64,000 nucleotides of DNA from the NCBI RefSeq assembly GCF_009914755.1, contig NC_060943.1. The stretch is one strand, 5' to 3'. The stretch is from the human T2T-CHM13v2.0 reference genome, Homo sapiens. Under the pieces are notes generated by a model, which saw only the letters and a program-made list of their open reading frames with translations, ran no database searches and was not told the DNA's origin. The position numbers and the translations under genes were made by a program. Shown one piece after another: positions 34,021 through 55,368 of the stretch (position 1 is the first letter of the stretch; every line of letters begins with the position of its first letter).

Positions 34021-37000
34021 TCAAGATGGTGCCACTGCACTCCAGCCTGGGCAGCAGAGTGAGACTTCATCACAAGAAAAAAAAAAGAAATTTGACCACT
34101 GAAGACATATTCAGCTGATTTTTCTAATGAGAAAAAGGAGAAAATGTGCAGTGTATGTCTGGCTGTGTGACAGGTAAGAAAAGAGAGCACCATCTAAGTC
34201 ATAATGGGAAGGGTGTTTCTGTCCATCAGCTTTTTCTGGAGTACACAACAAATGGAGAATTTTATTAATCACAAATGTTTTCCATGATTATCTATGTGTT
34301 TCATCTTTCCTCATGTCTTTTCTTTGTTGTATGCATTTCTTCCTTTTGGCTTTTCCTGGGCTGCATCTTATATATTAAACCGGTAAACATAACTACAGTG
34401 TTTTGTTCAGTTCTGTGAATAGCTCTACCAAATTATTGAACTTCAGGAAGGTTTCAGGAGTCCCGAGTTTTCAAACATTAGTTCAAAAGAATAGATGGGC
34501 CCATAGGGTTTGTGACTGGCATCTGCAGTGAGGACAATGTTGTGGGACCGAGGGTCTATGCTGACTTTAGGTGCTGTCAGAATTCAAATATTAGGCAATA
34601 AGTTTGTGTTGGAGAAATGTTTGATGTTCAGCAAACTCTACAGATATGGTGCCAGTAAAAAGATATCACAGAGGCCTGGCCTGGAACAAAACTCTGGGTG
34701 TTTGGGATTGGGAGGCTCCACTCTCCTGTACACAGGCTGTCACACTGCCCATTGTCCTGTGATTCCAGGTCTTCTCCCAGGGTGACAGAGGACTGAAAAC
34801 TTAGAGAAAAGGAGCTCTGATTACAGACCCCCTTTTATTGCAGCTATCACCACGGTGTTCCCACCCACTCACAAACACACACACTAGACATTAACGTGTC
34901 CACACTCCTCCCAGGACTAGGCATCACCCTCAGAAACTTCACCACGGCATTTTTGATCCTAGTGTTTCTTGTGTTTCTTGTCAAGAACCCACAAGTCTCT
35001 ACAAGTCTACTGGCATGTCTCCACCCCAGACACTGAATCTGCAGCAGCAACCTGTTTTCTCCACCATCCTAGGATCTGGGCCACATGTTTATAATTTCAT
35101 CTGCCTACATGCACACAGAAATAAATCAGAGTACAGCCCCACCTGGGCCACTATCTGTAGTGAAAATCATTCCATTCACCTACATTGCACTCTCTCCCAC
35201 CCAGGAATTATTTTTTTTCTTTTAGCTTTTATTTTTGGTTCGATGTACACATGTGGGTTTGTTATACAGTTAAAATTATGTCATGGGGATTTGTTGTGCA
35301 GATTATTTTGTCACTGAGGTACTACCCATAGCACCAAACAGGTGTGTTTTCTGATCCTCTTAGTCCTCACACCCTCCACCCTCAACTAGGCCTCAGTGTC
35401 TGTTGTTCTCCTCTTTGTGTTCATGTGTTCTTATTATTTAGCTCTTAATAACATGCATTTGGTTTTCTGTTTCTACGTTAGTTTCCTTTTTTTTTTTTCC
35501 TTTCATTTTGTTTTGTCTTTTGAGCTGGACTTTTGCTCTTGTTGTCCAGGCTGGAGTGCAATGGTGCAACCTCGGCTCACCACAACCTCAACTTCCTGGT
35601 TCAAGTGATTCTCCTGCCTCAGCCTCCCAAGTAGCTGGGATTACAAGCATGCACCACCATGTCTAGCTAATTTTGTACTTTTAGTAGAGACAGGATTTCT
35701 CCACGTGGGTCAGGCTGATCATAAAGTTCCAACCTCAGGTGATTACCCGGCCTCAGCCTCCCAAAGTGTTGGGATTACAGGTGTGAGCCACTGCACCTAG
35801 CTTTTGCCTACTTTTTTTTTTTGAGAGAGAGTTTTGCTCTTGTTGCCCAGACTGGATTGCAATAGCGTAATCTTGACCAACTGCAACCTTCACCTTCGAG
35901 TGATTCTCCTGCCTCAGCCTCCTGAGTAGCTGGGATTACAGGCACCTGCACCACTCCCAGCTAATTTTTTGTACTTTTAGTAGAAAGGGGGTTTCACCAT
36001 GTTGGCCAGGCTGGTTTTGAACTCCTGTCCTCAAGTGTTCTGCCTGCCTTGGCTTTCCAAAGTGCTGGGATTACATGCATGAGCCACCATGCCCGGCCTG
36101 CCTACTTTTTAATGAGGTTGTTTGTTTTTTTCTTGTAAACTTGTTTAAGTTCTTTTTTTTTTTTTGTGAGATGGAGTCGCTTAGACTGGAGTGCAGTGGC
36201 ACTATCTCGGCTCACTGCAACCTCTGCCTCCTGGGTTGGAGTGATTCTCCTGCCTCAGCCTTCTGAGTAGCTGGGATTACAGACATGTGCCACCACCACA
36301 CCCTGCTAATTTTTGTATTTTTAGTAGAGACGAGGTTTCACCCTGTTGGTCAGGCTGGTCTTGAACTCCTGACCTCGTGATACACCCGCCTTGGCCTCCC
36401 AAAGTGCTGGGATTACAGTCATGAGTCACCACGCCCAGCCAAGTTCTTAATAAATTCTGGATATTAGGCCTTTGTCAGAGGCAAAGTTTGTAAATATTTT
36501 TGTTTATTTTGTAGATTGTTTACTCTGTTGATAGTTTCCTTTGCTGTAAAGAAGCTCTGAAGTTCAAATAGGTCTCATTTGTCAATTTTTGCTTTTGTTG
36601 CAGTTGCTTTGGGTAGCTTCCTCATGAAGTCTTTGCCAGTTTCTGTGTCTAGAATGGTATTTCCTAGGTTATCTTGCAGGGTTTCTCATAATTTTGTTTT
36701 ACATTTAAGTCTTTAATTTATCTTGAGTTGATTTTTGCATATGGTGTAACGAAGGGGTCCAGCTTTAGTCTTCTAAAAAATGCTGGCTAGTTATTCTAGC
36801 ACCATTTATTAAAGAGAGAATCCTTCCCACATTTCTCTTGTCAGCTTTGTCAAAAATCTGATGATTATAGGAGGGTGACATTATTTCTGGGCTCTCTATT
36901 CTATTTCATTGGTCTTGTGCACTCATGGATTTTATATAACATCTTTCTCTCTTCTGGTTTTAACCCCACTAACGTTCTTTCAAGCGCATACAGTATGCAA

Positions 37001-37166
37001 AACTCAGGTGTCCAAGAGTTCAAAACTCCTTAAAAACTTCCAAAAAAAGGCCAGGTGTGGTGGCTCATGCCTGTAATCCCAGCACTTTTGGAGGCTGAGG
37101 TGGGTGGATCACGAGGTCAGGAGATAGAGATCATCCTGGCTAACATAGTGATACCCATCTCTACTA

Positions 37167-37435
<269 letters not shown>

Positions 37436-37524
37436 TTATATTAACAGCTAAATACCTTTTGTCTTTTTTCTGACTCCAGATTATCTAGAACTTCAGATTT
37501 ATTGCTTTGTTTTTGGTTCCAAAA

Positions 37525-40590
<3,066 letters not shown>

Positions 40591-43500
40591 TAGAGTGCTG
40601 CTGTGGCAAATGGGGTTCATATAAAATGTGAGCTGTGCTCTGGGCTGTGCCTCAGTGGCAGATGGTAGAGGTCAAGAGAGCATACTAGCAACCAGGAGAA
40701 AGCAAGCAGGAGTGCTGTAGCCCACTGCCAGTGAGTACAGAGCCACTCCTCTAAACTGTAACTAGCCAAAATATAGAACACTATTCAACCATTTTTGTAG
40801 CAGAGTGAAATCTTAGCTTCAGCAGGTACCTGACTTCAAGCTGCTAAAATAACTCCTGTTATGAAGATGTGAAAAGTTTATTTGTCATTGAATATAAGCA
40901 ATTAGCATACACAGATGGCCTCTTCAATTTCCAGGTAGATTTAAGATGAACGATGTATGACATGGTGCTTTAAATTCTTCTACTTATGGACTAATTATGT
41001 TGACCATCTTTCTGTCATTGCAGTCTCTTAAGCAGATGGACTATGATGCATGTCACATTCAAGTTTAATTGTAAAATAAAAACGTTTGTTTTTTGAGATG
41101 GAGTTTCACTCTTATTGCCCAGGCTGGAGTGCAATGGTGCGATCTCAGCTCACTAACCCCGCCTCCCAGGTTCAAGTGATTCTCCTGCCTTAGCCTCCCT
41201 AGTAGCTGGGATTGCAGGCATGTGCCACCATGCCTGGTTAATTTTTGTATTTTTTAGTAGAGAGGGGGTTTGTCAGTGTTGGCCAGGCTGGTCTCAAACT
41301 CTTGACCTCAGGTGATCCACCCGCCTCGGCCTCCCAAAGTGCTGGGATTACAGGCACGAGCCACCACACCCAGCCAAAACGTTTTCTTTCTGTTCTATTA
41401 TTGTGGAGTTTTTCTGGGGCTGTAAACATTTGTTCTTTTTTTTTGAGACGAAGTCTCTCATCCCCCAGGCTGGAGTGTGATGGCGCAAACTTGGCTCGCT
41501 GCAACCTCTGCCTCCTGGGTTCAAGAGATTCTCCTGCCTCGGCCCTTTGAGTAGCTGGGATTACAGGTGCCTGCCACCAGGCCCGGCTAATTTTTTTTTT
41601 GTATTTTTAGTAGAGATGGGTTTTACCATGTTGGCCAGGCTGGTCTAGAACTCTTGACCTCAGGTGATCCACCCGCCTAGGCCTCCCAAAGTCCTGGGAT
41701 TATAGACATGAGCCACCATGTCCAGCGAAGAAAATTGTTCTTCTCTTTTTTTTCTTTTTGAGACAAAGTCTCACTCTGTCACCCAGGCTGGAGTGTGCTG
41801 TGGTGCCTTCTCGGCTCACTGCAAGCTCCACCTCCTGGGTTCATGCCATTCTCCTGCCTCAGCCTCCTGAATAGCTGGGACTACAGGCTCCCACCACCAC
41901 ACCTGGCTAATTTTTTGTATTTTTAGTAGAGATGGGGTTTCACTGTGTTAGTTAGATGGTCTCGATCTCCTGACCTCATGATCTGCCTGTCTCGGCCTCC
42001 CAAAGTGCTGGGATTACAGGTGTGAGCCACCGCGCCTGGCCAAAGAAAATTGTTCTTCTAATTATTGTTTCCAAACACTGTCTAGAATTACCAGACATGA
42101 TATAAACACATAAGGTGCCAACCAGAATTTAGCAAGGCCTTTCCCTGTCAGGCTTCCAGTCAATTCACACTTGTGCAGCAAAGTGCATGCTGTCCCCTAA
42201 ATATGCAGGCAGAATTGTGTCTTTATTTGTTATCTATAGTCCTGTACATTCACTTCTAGAGAGGCTAGATCAGATTTCTACAAATTTCATAGGGCAGCAA
42301 TCAATCATTTTATCTCTTTCAATGACTCCTGTATCTTCAGACTTGAAACAGATTCAGAGACCATGGGGCCCACAAACCCAGTTAGAGTAACATGTGTGCA
42401 TTGAGTAGACATGTTGACAAGAGAATCTCCACTTTCACCTTCCTCCTCTTGCTAAAATGCTCACAAATGTGCAGGTAACACCTGCTGCTCCTCCTGCCAT
42501 TCAGGCCCTAAATCTACAGCTCTATATTTTGAATCCAGATCTTGAGATTTGGGAAATAAAAAACTTTTGTCTAAATAAAGCAGGTTCTTTTGGTTATCAA
42601 ACTCAGAGACATGTTAAAATGAAAGTGCAGTTATGTCTTTCTCCCACTTTGAACGATGTATTCATCTATTGAAACTGTTCACTATTGGCACAAGTGACTA
42701 TAAATTAAACTAATGATGCCACATTGGACACTATCCCATGCCCTAAAACATAATGATAGATATCTAATCAATAATCAATGTTATTTATGTAAATAAATAA
42801 AAACTTTTGACAAACAACTCTGCATCAGCCCACTTTCTGTCCCTGTCTTGTCTTGACATATCTTCCTGTAAATACTACTAATCAAAGTGTAGATTCCAGG
42901 CAACTTGAATCTTTGCTCCCAGGTTATAACCCTTAAGTTTGACCCAAATAAACTGTCTACTTATATTCATGTTATGTCACCTTTTTTTTAAATGTAGACT
43001 TATTATTTAGAATGTGTTAGAGCAGCCTCTATGAGAGCTCTCTTTTGACTGTACTCCACTTGGTGTAACACAAAAGGATGCAGAGCCAAGTTGATCCTAC
43101 CTAGAATTTGCAGATAAGGTCTGCCCTCTGCCTGGGATTTAAAAAAAAAAGCCAGACTTTGGATAGAGAATGTACAGAAAATTAACAAAAGTCATTTTCT
43201 GCATTGTAAGTTGTCAAGATAGATATCTTACAGGCCCCATTTGGGAGTGTGGCATTTTGAGATTTTTCACATCTTGTTCATTGGCCTGCTACAGTGATGT
43301 GAGAGGCTCCAGGAGGAAATAGAATCTGATGGCAGAATCTGTAAGTGTAAATAATCATCTTAGGAGTGAGAGATCAAGGCCACAAAGTATCCAGAGCCTT
43401 GATCACAACTATAATTACCTGTAAAATGTGATACTGGAGTAGAGTATTTTTGTTTCTTTCTCTCATCCAAGAGCTAGCAAATCAGGACAGATGATGTAGG

Positions 43501-44851
43501 TTCTGGAGCTCCACCAAGGCAGTTGTTTTCTATTCAGAATCAGCCTGAGTTTCTCCAGATGGCTTATCATTGGGCCAACAGCCCTGGTTCACCAGGAATT
43601 CCCTCACAATCACCTAGGTGTCTTTGAGGCATTTGAGGATGTCCAGAGCAGAATTGTGTTAGGCTGACAAGAGTGGTTAATTCTGCTTCTGTCTCAGTGT
43701 AAGAGAAATGAGTCATCCTGTGTTCATTCATGCCCTCATACAAGAGGTGCCTTTTTTGGTACCCAGATCAGAGTTTCTCCAGTTTCCTGGTACTTGGATG
43801 ATAAACAAGGAGGAGATCTGGAGACCCAAATAGATAAACTAGTTGCTTCCATTTCATATGGCCATTAAAAAAATACGTGAAGCAGTCATGGTTCCTACAG
43901 TCCAGAAACTTTTAGTCTAGACCAGCAACTGGATAAATAATTGAATTGTGCATTGTATGGTTGGCACAATATATAGATGTGTCCAGAACCTTGGGTTTTA
44001 TTTAGGCCACTTTATGCCGTTATGACTTCTGAATTGTACACCTGAAGGGATATTTATGAATAGAATAATTGTTATTATAATTTTTTTTCTTTAGTCAGAA
44101 TCTCACTGTGTTACCCAGGCATGAGTGCAGTGACATGATCTTGGCTCACCGCAATTTCTGCCACTTGGGTTCAAGCGATTCTCCTGCCTCAGCCTCCAAA
44201 GTAGCTGGGATTGCTGGCCCCAGCCACTGTGGTCAGGCTGGTCTTGAACTCCTGACCTCGTGATCCACCCACCTTGGCCTCACAAAGTGTTGGGATTACA
44301 GGTGTAAGGCAGTGCACCCAGCTGTATAATTTCTACTTTTTTTTACCTTCTAAAGTGTACATATTGATTTTCTAATAAAATTACCCTAGAAAACCTTAAG
44401 GGATTTGTTTAAATTGTGTATTAGTATATAGTATAAAGTTGACAGGGCAGTGGCTAGAAAAATTAAAATTATAGGAACTCTGGGATTTAAGTTTCTTTTA
44501 GGTAAGCTTAGAAGAAACAAAACTGGAAGTACCCCAGTGGCATAGAGAACAGAATTCTACATAAGTCCTCACACTGCCTGAGACCTGATCAGATTCATGC
44601 TTTTTGGAGGCGTTATTTAGGTCTGACCCTACCCTGGAGTCTTGCCTCACAGGACTGATTAGTAGAGATCAGAGTTTTGGCTGGTGAATCCTGCTGCCTT
44701 TCTAGAGCTGGTGCTCACAATTCCCTGAATCCCAAAAGCAGATGAAAGGGAAAAATAGTCCGGGCGCGGTGGCTCACGCCTGTAATCCCAGCACTTTGGG
44801 AGGCCAAGGCGGGCAGATCATGAGGTCAGGAAATCGAGACCATCCTGGCTA

Positions 44852-45077
<226 letters not shown>

Positions 45078-47828
45078 TTAGGGTCTTAGTTTTTAAATTT
45101 TCTGTTAAAGCCAGTGTTTGCAGAGACATTCTATTTAGCAACTTGTTTTCTATTCTTGCAGATCCAGTAGTTGCTCCACAAGTCACAGAAAAGTAAATAT
45201 GAACAGAATAAAATTTTCTCTAAATTACATTAAATTATTCCTTTCTATCTCTTTCATCTGTCTATATTTTGCTTTTACAGTGTTTTAAAAAAATTCATGA
45301 CAGAGAAACAGAAGAAGAAATAAAAATGCCGCACCCTTTACCTAAATCCTAAAGTTTATTAAACACTTAGTACCAGCTTTCAGGGTGTTATGAGAATTAA
45401 ATCACAGAATGTGCTATGCCCAGCACAGTGCTCTGTATCATTCTCTTGAGCACAAAGTACCTGCTTAATAAACATTGCATTAGTACTTGTGTACATGTTG
45501 TTTTTTAAATACAGACTTACTCTGTCATTTCTGCCTTCAGTTTCCTCTATAAACTTTAAAGAGCCAGCGAAGCATATAAAACTTTAGGGTGGAGATGCGT
45601 TGTCCCTATTTGTATCAGAAGTATTTGGTTGTGAAAAGAGTGCTAAATGTAAGGGACCCTGTGCTGTTCCTGCTTTCTCTAACTAATGCTAATAATGAGC
45701 CAAGGGGAAGCAACTTCAGCATTGACAGGGGACTTGTTTAAAACACCCATTCATGGACCCTTTTCAAGCCTCCAGAATCACATTACATAAAGTGGACCCA
45801 AAATTACCAAGTGATTTATAAGCCCATTAAAGCTTGAGAGGCAATGCTTAGCTTAGTGATTACCAGCCCAGGCTTTTCCTTAGGAACACATGGCCAATTT
45901 GCAGAAACCTCTTGTGCCCTCCCCACAGCTTCTGTTTGTTCTGCATGGAAGCACTTATGTTGTTTTAATGAAGGGTCTCATGTGACTCTAAGGTGAGGCC
46001 AGAATCAAGTATGAGCACTTCAAAATACAATACAAAGGAGTTAAGTTCCACCTTTGCACTAAAGGGTGGTCACAGGGCCTGTTCTGTTTGGGTTTGGTAC
46101 AGACAGGTCAGTGTGGTGCATAATTCCATTACTGGAAATTGCTGGTGTCTGTGGCAGGGAGGGCACCTGAGGACAGGAAATGAGAAACTTATATTTCTAT
46201 CTTCATGGAGCAATTCATTGTTCCCTGAATCTCTTCTGTTTCAAAGGACAGAAATAGGTGGGCTTTTTCTGTCATTTTGCCAGTTGATGTCATGCCAGCA
46301 GGTAATCATGTGTTACTGATACCTTTAAAGGCATGTTCTCAAGATGCAGGTGTAATTTTTCCAGAGAATCTCATCTGAGAAGGAATTCCAGAGGAGGAGG
46401 AGGAGAAAAAAAAGTGGCTCTTCTTAAGGTAAACGTGTCTCAGATGAAGAGCTGTGTCCACTCTGCCTCCTGGACCCCCATGAGTTTAGTACTCACAAAC
46501 CTTTACTTCTCTACTTGTGTTTTCCCTCCCTGAGTTTGGTTTTACTACTTAAAATTCTTATGATAGTCAAGGGTCTCTGAAAAATATTTCTTTCCTATAT
46601 CCCAGAGCTTTCTCTGCATTCTCTATGTCATAGCTTCTTATATGCCATGCAGAATTCTCAGCAAGAATTTGTAATCTGCAATATTAAAAATGTTCCCTTT
46701 GTGGCTGTTGAACATGGAAAGATGTGGATACTCAAGATTTCTGTTGGGGAAAATTGTGGTCCTTAGTATAGATGAAGAACATGTAATGTTGAGGCTTCAT
46801 CTGTATGTTCCATTAGCTCTATGCAGAACAGGATTAAGAAAATGCTTTTTTATATGGAATGGCATTTATTATCCAGAAAGTTCTGAAAGAAATTATTAGG
46901 AGATACCTGCTCTCTTGGGTGCTAAATGAAGCCTACTTAAAATTACTACTAAAAATTACAGAACATAGGAGTTATCAAAAACTTTGAAGTTAGCATAAAA
47001 CATGTTTCTTTATGGTTAAATTCAGATTTTATTTACTTTCTTTGGGAGGAATATTTCAACAGTGATGCTGTGTTCTTCTGTGTGAATTAGGACATCATAA
47101 AAATTTATCGTAGTGCAGTTAATGGTTAATGATTCAGTTGGTGAAATAGCTCTCTGACAGATTTTTTTCACTATAGAGATAATTATTTTTCTATTCATTA
47201 TTATGTTTATGCAGCTGATATGCATAAACCTCACATTAAATCTGGCAGCTTTCTTTTTTAAACATATTTTTCTTAGGGAAATGAAGCCTCTTATCTTTGT
47301 TTACAGGCTAGAAAATCTGAAAAAAACACAGGCTCTTGCACTTACTGCATTTGACAAAATATCATTTTTGGGACAAAAACATTAACATTATTGGTGAGCT
47401 TGTTAGAAATTCAAAAAATCAGACTTTATGCCAGATCTTTTGGAAAAAAAAATCCTGCATAAGAAGGACTTCAGCTTATTGTACATGTTAAAATTGGAGA
47501 GATGACTTCTAACTCAACATGTCTTTTCTGTCTGAAAAATATTCATAACTGATTCTGTATGATGTAAATATAGCACTCAAAAATGTACATGTTCATGTTC
47601 ATGCCCTTTATTTTATACTTTATTATCTAGAAAAATATCATTATATGAACTAATGTTGTGGATCTTAGGCTGCTCTTTTTTTTCAGAGATAGAGAATACA
47701 TTAGAAAATATTTCTGTATTGAAAATTATTTTATTGGATAATTTTAGTCAATCCTATAAGTAAGAATCAGTTCTCTTACTCTCTCATTTCACCTTAAATT
47801 AAAAATTCCACCAACGGCGACTTGGTGA

Positions 47829-48002
<174 letters not shown>

Positions 48003-48450
48003 TAATTCATAAAAAACCCCAAAAGTTTTATTTCTCTTTTTTGCAGAATGATTTTAGTAATTTATCCTTTGCATAAAAGAGTTCCAGATGTCCTTTTTCC
48101 AGAAAATCTTCAGAATTTGTTTATTTAGAAAAGAATTTCTTCAAGATGTTTCATCTTAATCCAAACTTTCCACATTGCTGAGTTGAGCTTTATTCTTCAC
48201 TCTAAATTAGTGGTAATTTCAGAAATTTAGTGGCATAAAATAGTGTTGCCCTCAGCTGAAAATCTCATTGCCACCATCAGTTTTTGATTCAGTAGTATCA
48301 GGTAGTAAATTTAAAAAGCCTTCATGCAGGGCCAGGCGCAGTGGCTCATACCTGTAATTCCAGCACTTTGGGAGGCTGAGACGGGCAGATCACCTGAAGT
48401 TGGGAGTTTGAGACCAGCCTGACCAACATGGAGAAACCCCGCCTATACTA

Positions 48451-48642
<192 letters not shown>

Positions 48643-48854
48643 TCACTTTGGATAATGTGGCAATTTAAAAATCTATTTGGATCTTCTCTTCGTAGATTTT
48701 TATTGTAAAGATTTTTTACCTTCTTAGTAATTTTTTAAAGAAATTTATTATTTAATGGTATAGTAAATAAGATTTTTTCTTTCTCTATTTTATCAGATAG
48801 TTTAAGTGTTTGAGACCATACATATACTTGTATGTTAATTTTATGTTTTGCTAA

Positions 48855-49145
<291 letters not shown>

Positions 49146-49453
49146 TGATCCACCCATCTTGGCCTCCCAGAGTGCTAGGATTAGAGGTGTGAGCCACTGC
49201 AACTGGCCCTATTTATGGTTTTTAAAGTACTGCTTAATGTTTTTTAAATATAAGATTGTATGATCTATAAACAGCAACTTTTTACTTATTTTACTCCATC
49301 TCCAAAAAAAAAAAAAAGAAACCTTAAAGTTGAAAGTATTTTCTAAATATTTAGAAATTTGTTATGAATTAGTATTTTGGTATTAATTTACTAGAATATT
49401 TTATTACATTCTTTCTGCTGAGCACATTACTAGCTTGTAATTGAGAAATATAA

Positions 49454-49594
<141 letters not shown>

Positions 49595-50939
49595 TGAAAA
49601 TGAACACAACAGACAATGCAGATAAGAGGTCCCAAGGTCAAAAAGAAAGCCAGTCCTTAAAATGTGATCTGGGAAGCTGTGTTCCAAAGGAAATAGTTCC
49701 TGGGCAGCTGTTTTATTTATTTATTTATTTATTTAATTTTTCTCTCACAAAGGGACATCTGTCTCATGCTTTTAAATTCTCTAAGGATTCTACTATTCTT
49801 TCGGTGAGCTTCCTTCAAGTTCACAGTGAGAGCGAAATTCCTCTTTATGGCATATAAGTGATTGCACAATCTGGCTGCTTTTCCGTTGCCTTGGGGACAC
49901 ACAAATATCTGCGTGATTTTGAGAAACTAAAACCCTTTTTTAAGTTGTCTTTTTGCTTCAGATCTGAAATGTGTGACAGTATTAGTTTTTGTTGCATTTT
50001 TTGTTCATTTTTTCTGCACAGTCCATTCTGTTTTTATTACTATATAGTCTTGAAATATAGTTTGAAATTATAAGTATGATATCCTTCTGCTTTGATCTTT
50101 TTCCTCAAGATTGCTTTGGCTATCAAAGTTATTTTAGTATCACGTAACTTTTAGAAATGTATTTTCCATTACTATGAAAAAAATACCACTGCAATTTTGA
50201 TAGGAGGTTTATTGAATCTATAGATCACTCTGGTTAATACGGCAATTTTAAAATTTATTTGGATCTTCTCTAATATTTTCATAGGTTTTTTTTTTTTTTT
50301 TTGAGAAGGAGTCTTGCTCTGTTGCCCAGGCTGGAGTGCAGTGGTGTGATCTTGGTTCACTGCAAACTCTGCCTCCTGGGTTCAAGCAATTCTCTGCCTC
50401 AGCCTCCTGTGTAGCTGAGATTACAGGTGCATACAACCATGCCTGGCTAATTTTTTTTGTATTTTTTGTAGAGAGGGGTTTCACCATGTTGGCCAGGCTG
50501 GTCTTGAACTCCTGACCTTGTGATCCACCCACCTCAGCCTCCCAAAGTGCTGGGATTACAGGCATGAGCCACCCCGCCCGGCCCATAGTTTTTTTATTGT
50601 AAAGATTTTTTTACCTCCTTGGTTTTTTTCTAAGAAGTTTATTACTTAATGCTATAGTAAATAAGATTTTTTTCTTCCTCTATTTTATCAGTTTGTTTTA
50701 AGTGTATGAGACCATACATACACTTGTATGTTAATTTTATATTTTGCTAATTTACTGAGTGTATTTATCACTTCAGACAGGTTTTAATGTACTATTTATT
50801 GATTTTTAAATACAAGATTATACGATCTACAAACAGCGACTTTTTACTTATTTTTCTTTAATTTCAATGGATTTTTTTATTTCTTTGACTAATTCTTCTG
50901 CCACATGCTTCCAGTGCTACATTAAAATAGAAGCATTGA

Positions 50940-51209
<270 letters not shown>

Positions 51210-52539
51210 TAGCCAGGATGGTCTCGATCTCCTGACCTCGTGATCCATCCGCCTCGGCCTCCCAAAGTGCTGGGATTACAGGTGTGAGCCACCACGCCTG
51301 GCCTTCAAGTTTTTATAAACTGATTTTAGAAGGTAAAGATCTTTTGTTGGGCCCTTAGGGTGATGAGATGCCCTCTGAATTTGTAGTGGAGAGGGGGTGT
51401 AGCTTGGTGACAAGGCTGCTGGGTCTGCACTAGGGTCCACCTTTAGTTGGCTTGTTACAGGGGCTTGGGTAGTTGTACTTCTCATTTTATTTTTGGACAG
51501 ACTGCATATCCTTCAGGGCTTTGCTCCGTAGTTAAAACACTAGGGTATGTTTTTGTAGTCAGGTCTGCATATGGTGGGCCTTATATCTGGATATTGATGA
51601 GTATGGCTTTTATTGAGTATCAGAGAGCATTCCCTCAGATAACTGTGGGTTTCTATATAGGCAGAACTGACCATAAACTATCTTGTTTAAGTGAGTAGTC
51701 ATGGAGATAGTCTTTTTTTTCACCATGTGTTTAATGATGAATATATATTTCCTTTTGTGAGAGAAATACTTGTTTGATTTGAAGGTAATTTTCAAAAAGA
51801 TTTATAATTCTGGATTTTTTTTCAGTTTTTCTTTAAAAAAATTGTTTTAAAAACACATAACATAAAATTTACCATCTTAATTCAAGTGTACATTTTCAGG
51901 GCCAGGCATGGTTGTGGCTCCCATCTGTAATCCCAGGATTTTGGGAGGCCAACACAGGAGGATCCCTGGAGCCCAAAAGTTTGAGACCAGCCTGGGAAAG
52001 ATATGGAGACCCCTCTTTATAAAAATAATTTAATAATTGCCAGGCATGGTGGTATGCAGCTGTGGTACCTGCTACTTGGGAGATGGAGGGGGAGTCAAAA
52101 TTGTGCCACTACACTCCAGCTTGAATGACAGAGTGAGACCCTGTCTCCAAAAAACAAAAAAAAGCTGTTCATTTCAGGCATGTTAAGTATATTCTCATTG
52201 TTATGTAAAATACTTCTAGACACTTTACATCTTGTAAAACTAAAACTCAATACCCATTAAATAACAACTGCTCATTTTACCCTCTCTCACCCTCGACAGA
52301 CAAACCTTCCACTTTCTGTTTTATGATTTGACTACTTAAGATATCCATAATTTTGTTACTGGATTAATTCAAGTGACATAATATTCTCAATGTTCATCTT
52401 AAAATGTGACAAGATTATTCTTTTTAAGATGGAATAATATTCCATTGTATGTATATGTTACATATTTTGATGTGTTTATAAATCAAGAGACATCTGGGTT
52501 GCTTCAACCTTTTGGCTTTTGTGAATACTGGTGCAATAA

Positions 52540-52752
<213 letters not shown>

Positions 52753-54312
52753 TAGTATTATGGGGTTTATTATGTTGGCCAGGCTGGTCTCAAACTCCTG
52801 ATCTCAGGTAATCACCCACCTTGGCCTCCCAAAGTGCTAGGATTACAGGCTTGAGCACCTGGGCCTGGCCTGTGTTACGTATTTTGTAAATAGATATAAT
52901 AAGTGAGGAACATTTATAACATTTTTAAATAATGGCTGCATCTTTGTTTTCCAGCAAGAAGCAACATGGGTTTCATTTTTATTGCAACATCAACAGATTG
53001 GGTGTTTTTAAAAAAATTTACAGTGGCCATTCTAATGGATATGAGGTGATTTTGTTTGTCATTGTGTTTTTTTAATTTCTCTACAAATCAGTAATTTTGT
53101 GCATTCTTTCAAATGCTTTTTCCCATTTGTGTAGTTTTTTGATGAAAAATCTTTTTGTTCATTTTTAAATCAAGTTATTGAACTTTATTGATTAGTTTTA
53201 AGAGTTTTTATTTATTTTGAACATTAACTTCCTTCACATGAAATCTGCAAATGTTTTCATCCATTTTCTAAGGGATGTTGCCACTTTTGAATTTTCTTTT
53301 GATGTACAGAAATTTTGATGTCTAGTGTAGTTAAACTTTTCTTGTATTTGTTGCTCATGCATTTAATGTCGTATCTAAGAAAATGGTGGCAAGACCAATG
53401 TAATGTCCTTTTCCTGTATTTTTTCTAATAGATTTGTTAGTTTCTTTATGTCTAAGTATTTTGTTTAAAATATATTTTTGTATCGTTCAAGGAAATAACC
53501 CAATTTTATTTTATCAGTGTTGATATTCAGTTTTCAACATCATTTTTTGAAGATATTACTTTTCTCTATTTTGTACTCATAGCAACTTTTTGAAAGACCA
53601 TTTGATCATATATAGAAGGGTTCATTTCTGAGCTCTCTATTCTGGTCTTTCATCTGTTTATCTTTGTGTCAGTATCACATTGTTTATGTTACTGTAGCCT
53701 TTAACTGTAGGTTGTATTGACATCTGTGAAGAATAAAATTTTTTGACCCCTGAGCAAGAATATGTTGAATCAGAGTGTTTTATATTCACATATTTTTGAA
53801 TTTGCCAATTTACCTTTTGCTTTTAATTCCTAGTGTCATTCAGTTTTTGTTAGAAAACACACAATGTATAATTTTAGTGTTTTTAAATTGATTTGTTGTT
53901 GTTTTAAGACAAGATCTTACCAACACCAAGGCTGGAGTGCTGTGGCATAATTTTGGCTCACTATAGCCTCAGCCTCCTGGGCTCAAGTGATCCTTTCACC
54001 TCTGTTTTCTGACCAGCTTGGACTACAGACATGTACTACCATGTCTGCCTAATTGTTTGCTTGTTTGCAGTGTTAGGATCTCATTATGTTGTCCAGGCTG
54101 GTCTCAAACTTTTGGCCCTAATGGATCCTCTTACCTAGGTCTCCCAAAGTGTTAGGGTTATAGGCAAGAGCCACTGCACCCCGTCAGTACTTTTAAATTT
54201 AATAAAACTTGGTATGTGTCCTAACAGATTATACCAGATGCAAATAAGAATATTGTGTATTATCTTGGTTTTGACTGGAGAGTTTTGCTTGTGTCTGTGA
54301 AGCCTAGTTGGT

Positions 54313-55368
<1,056 letters not shown>
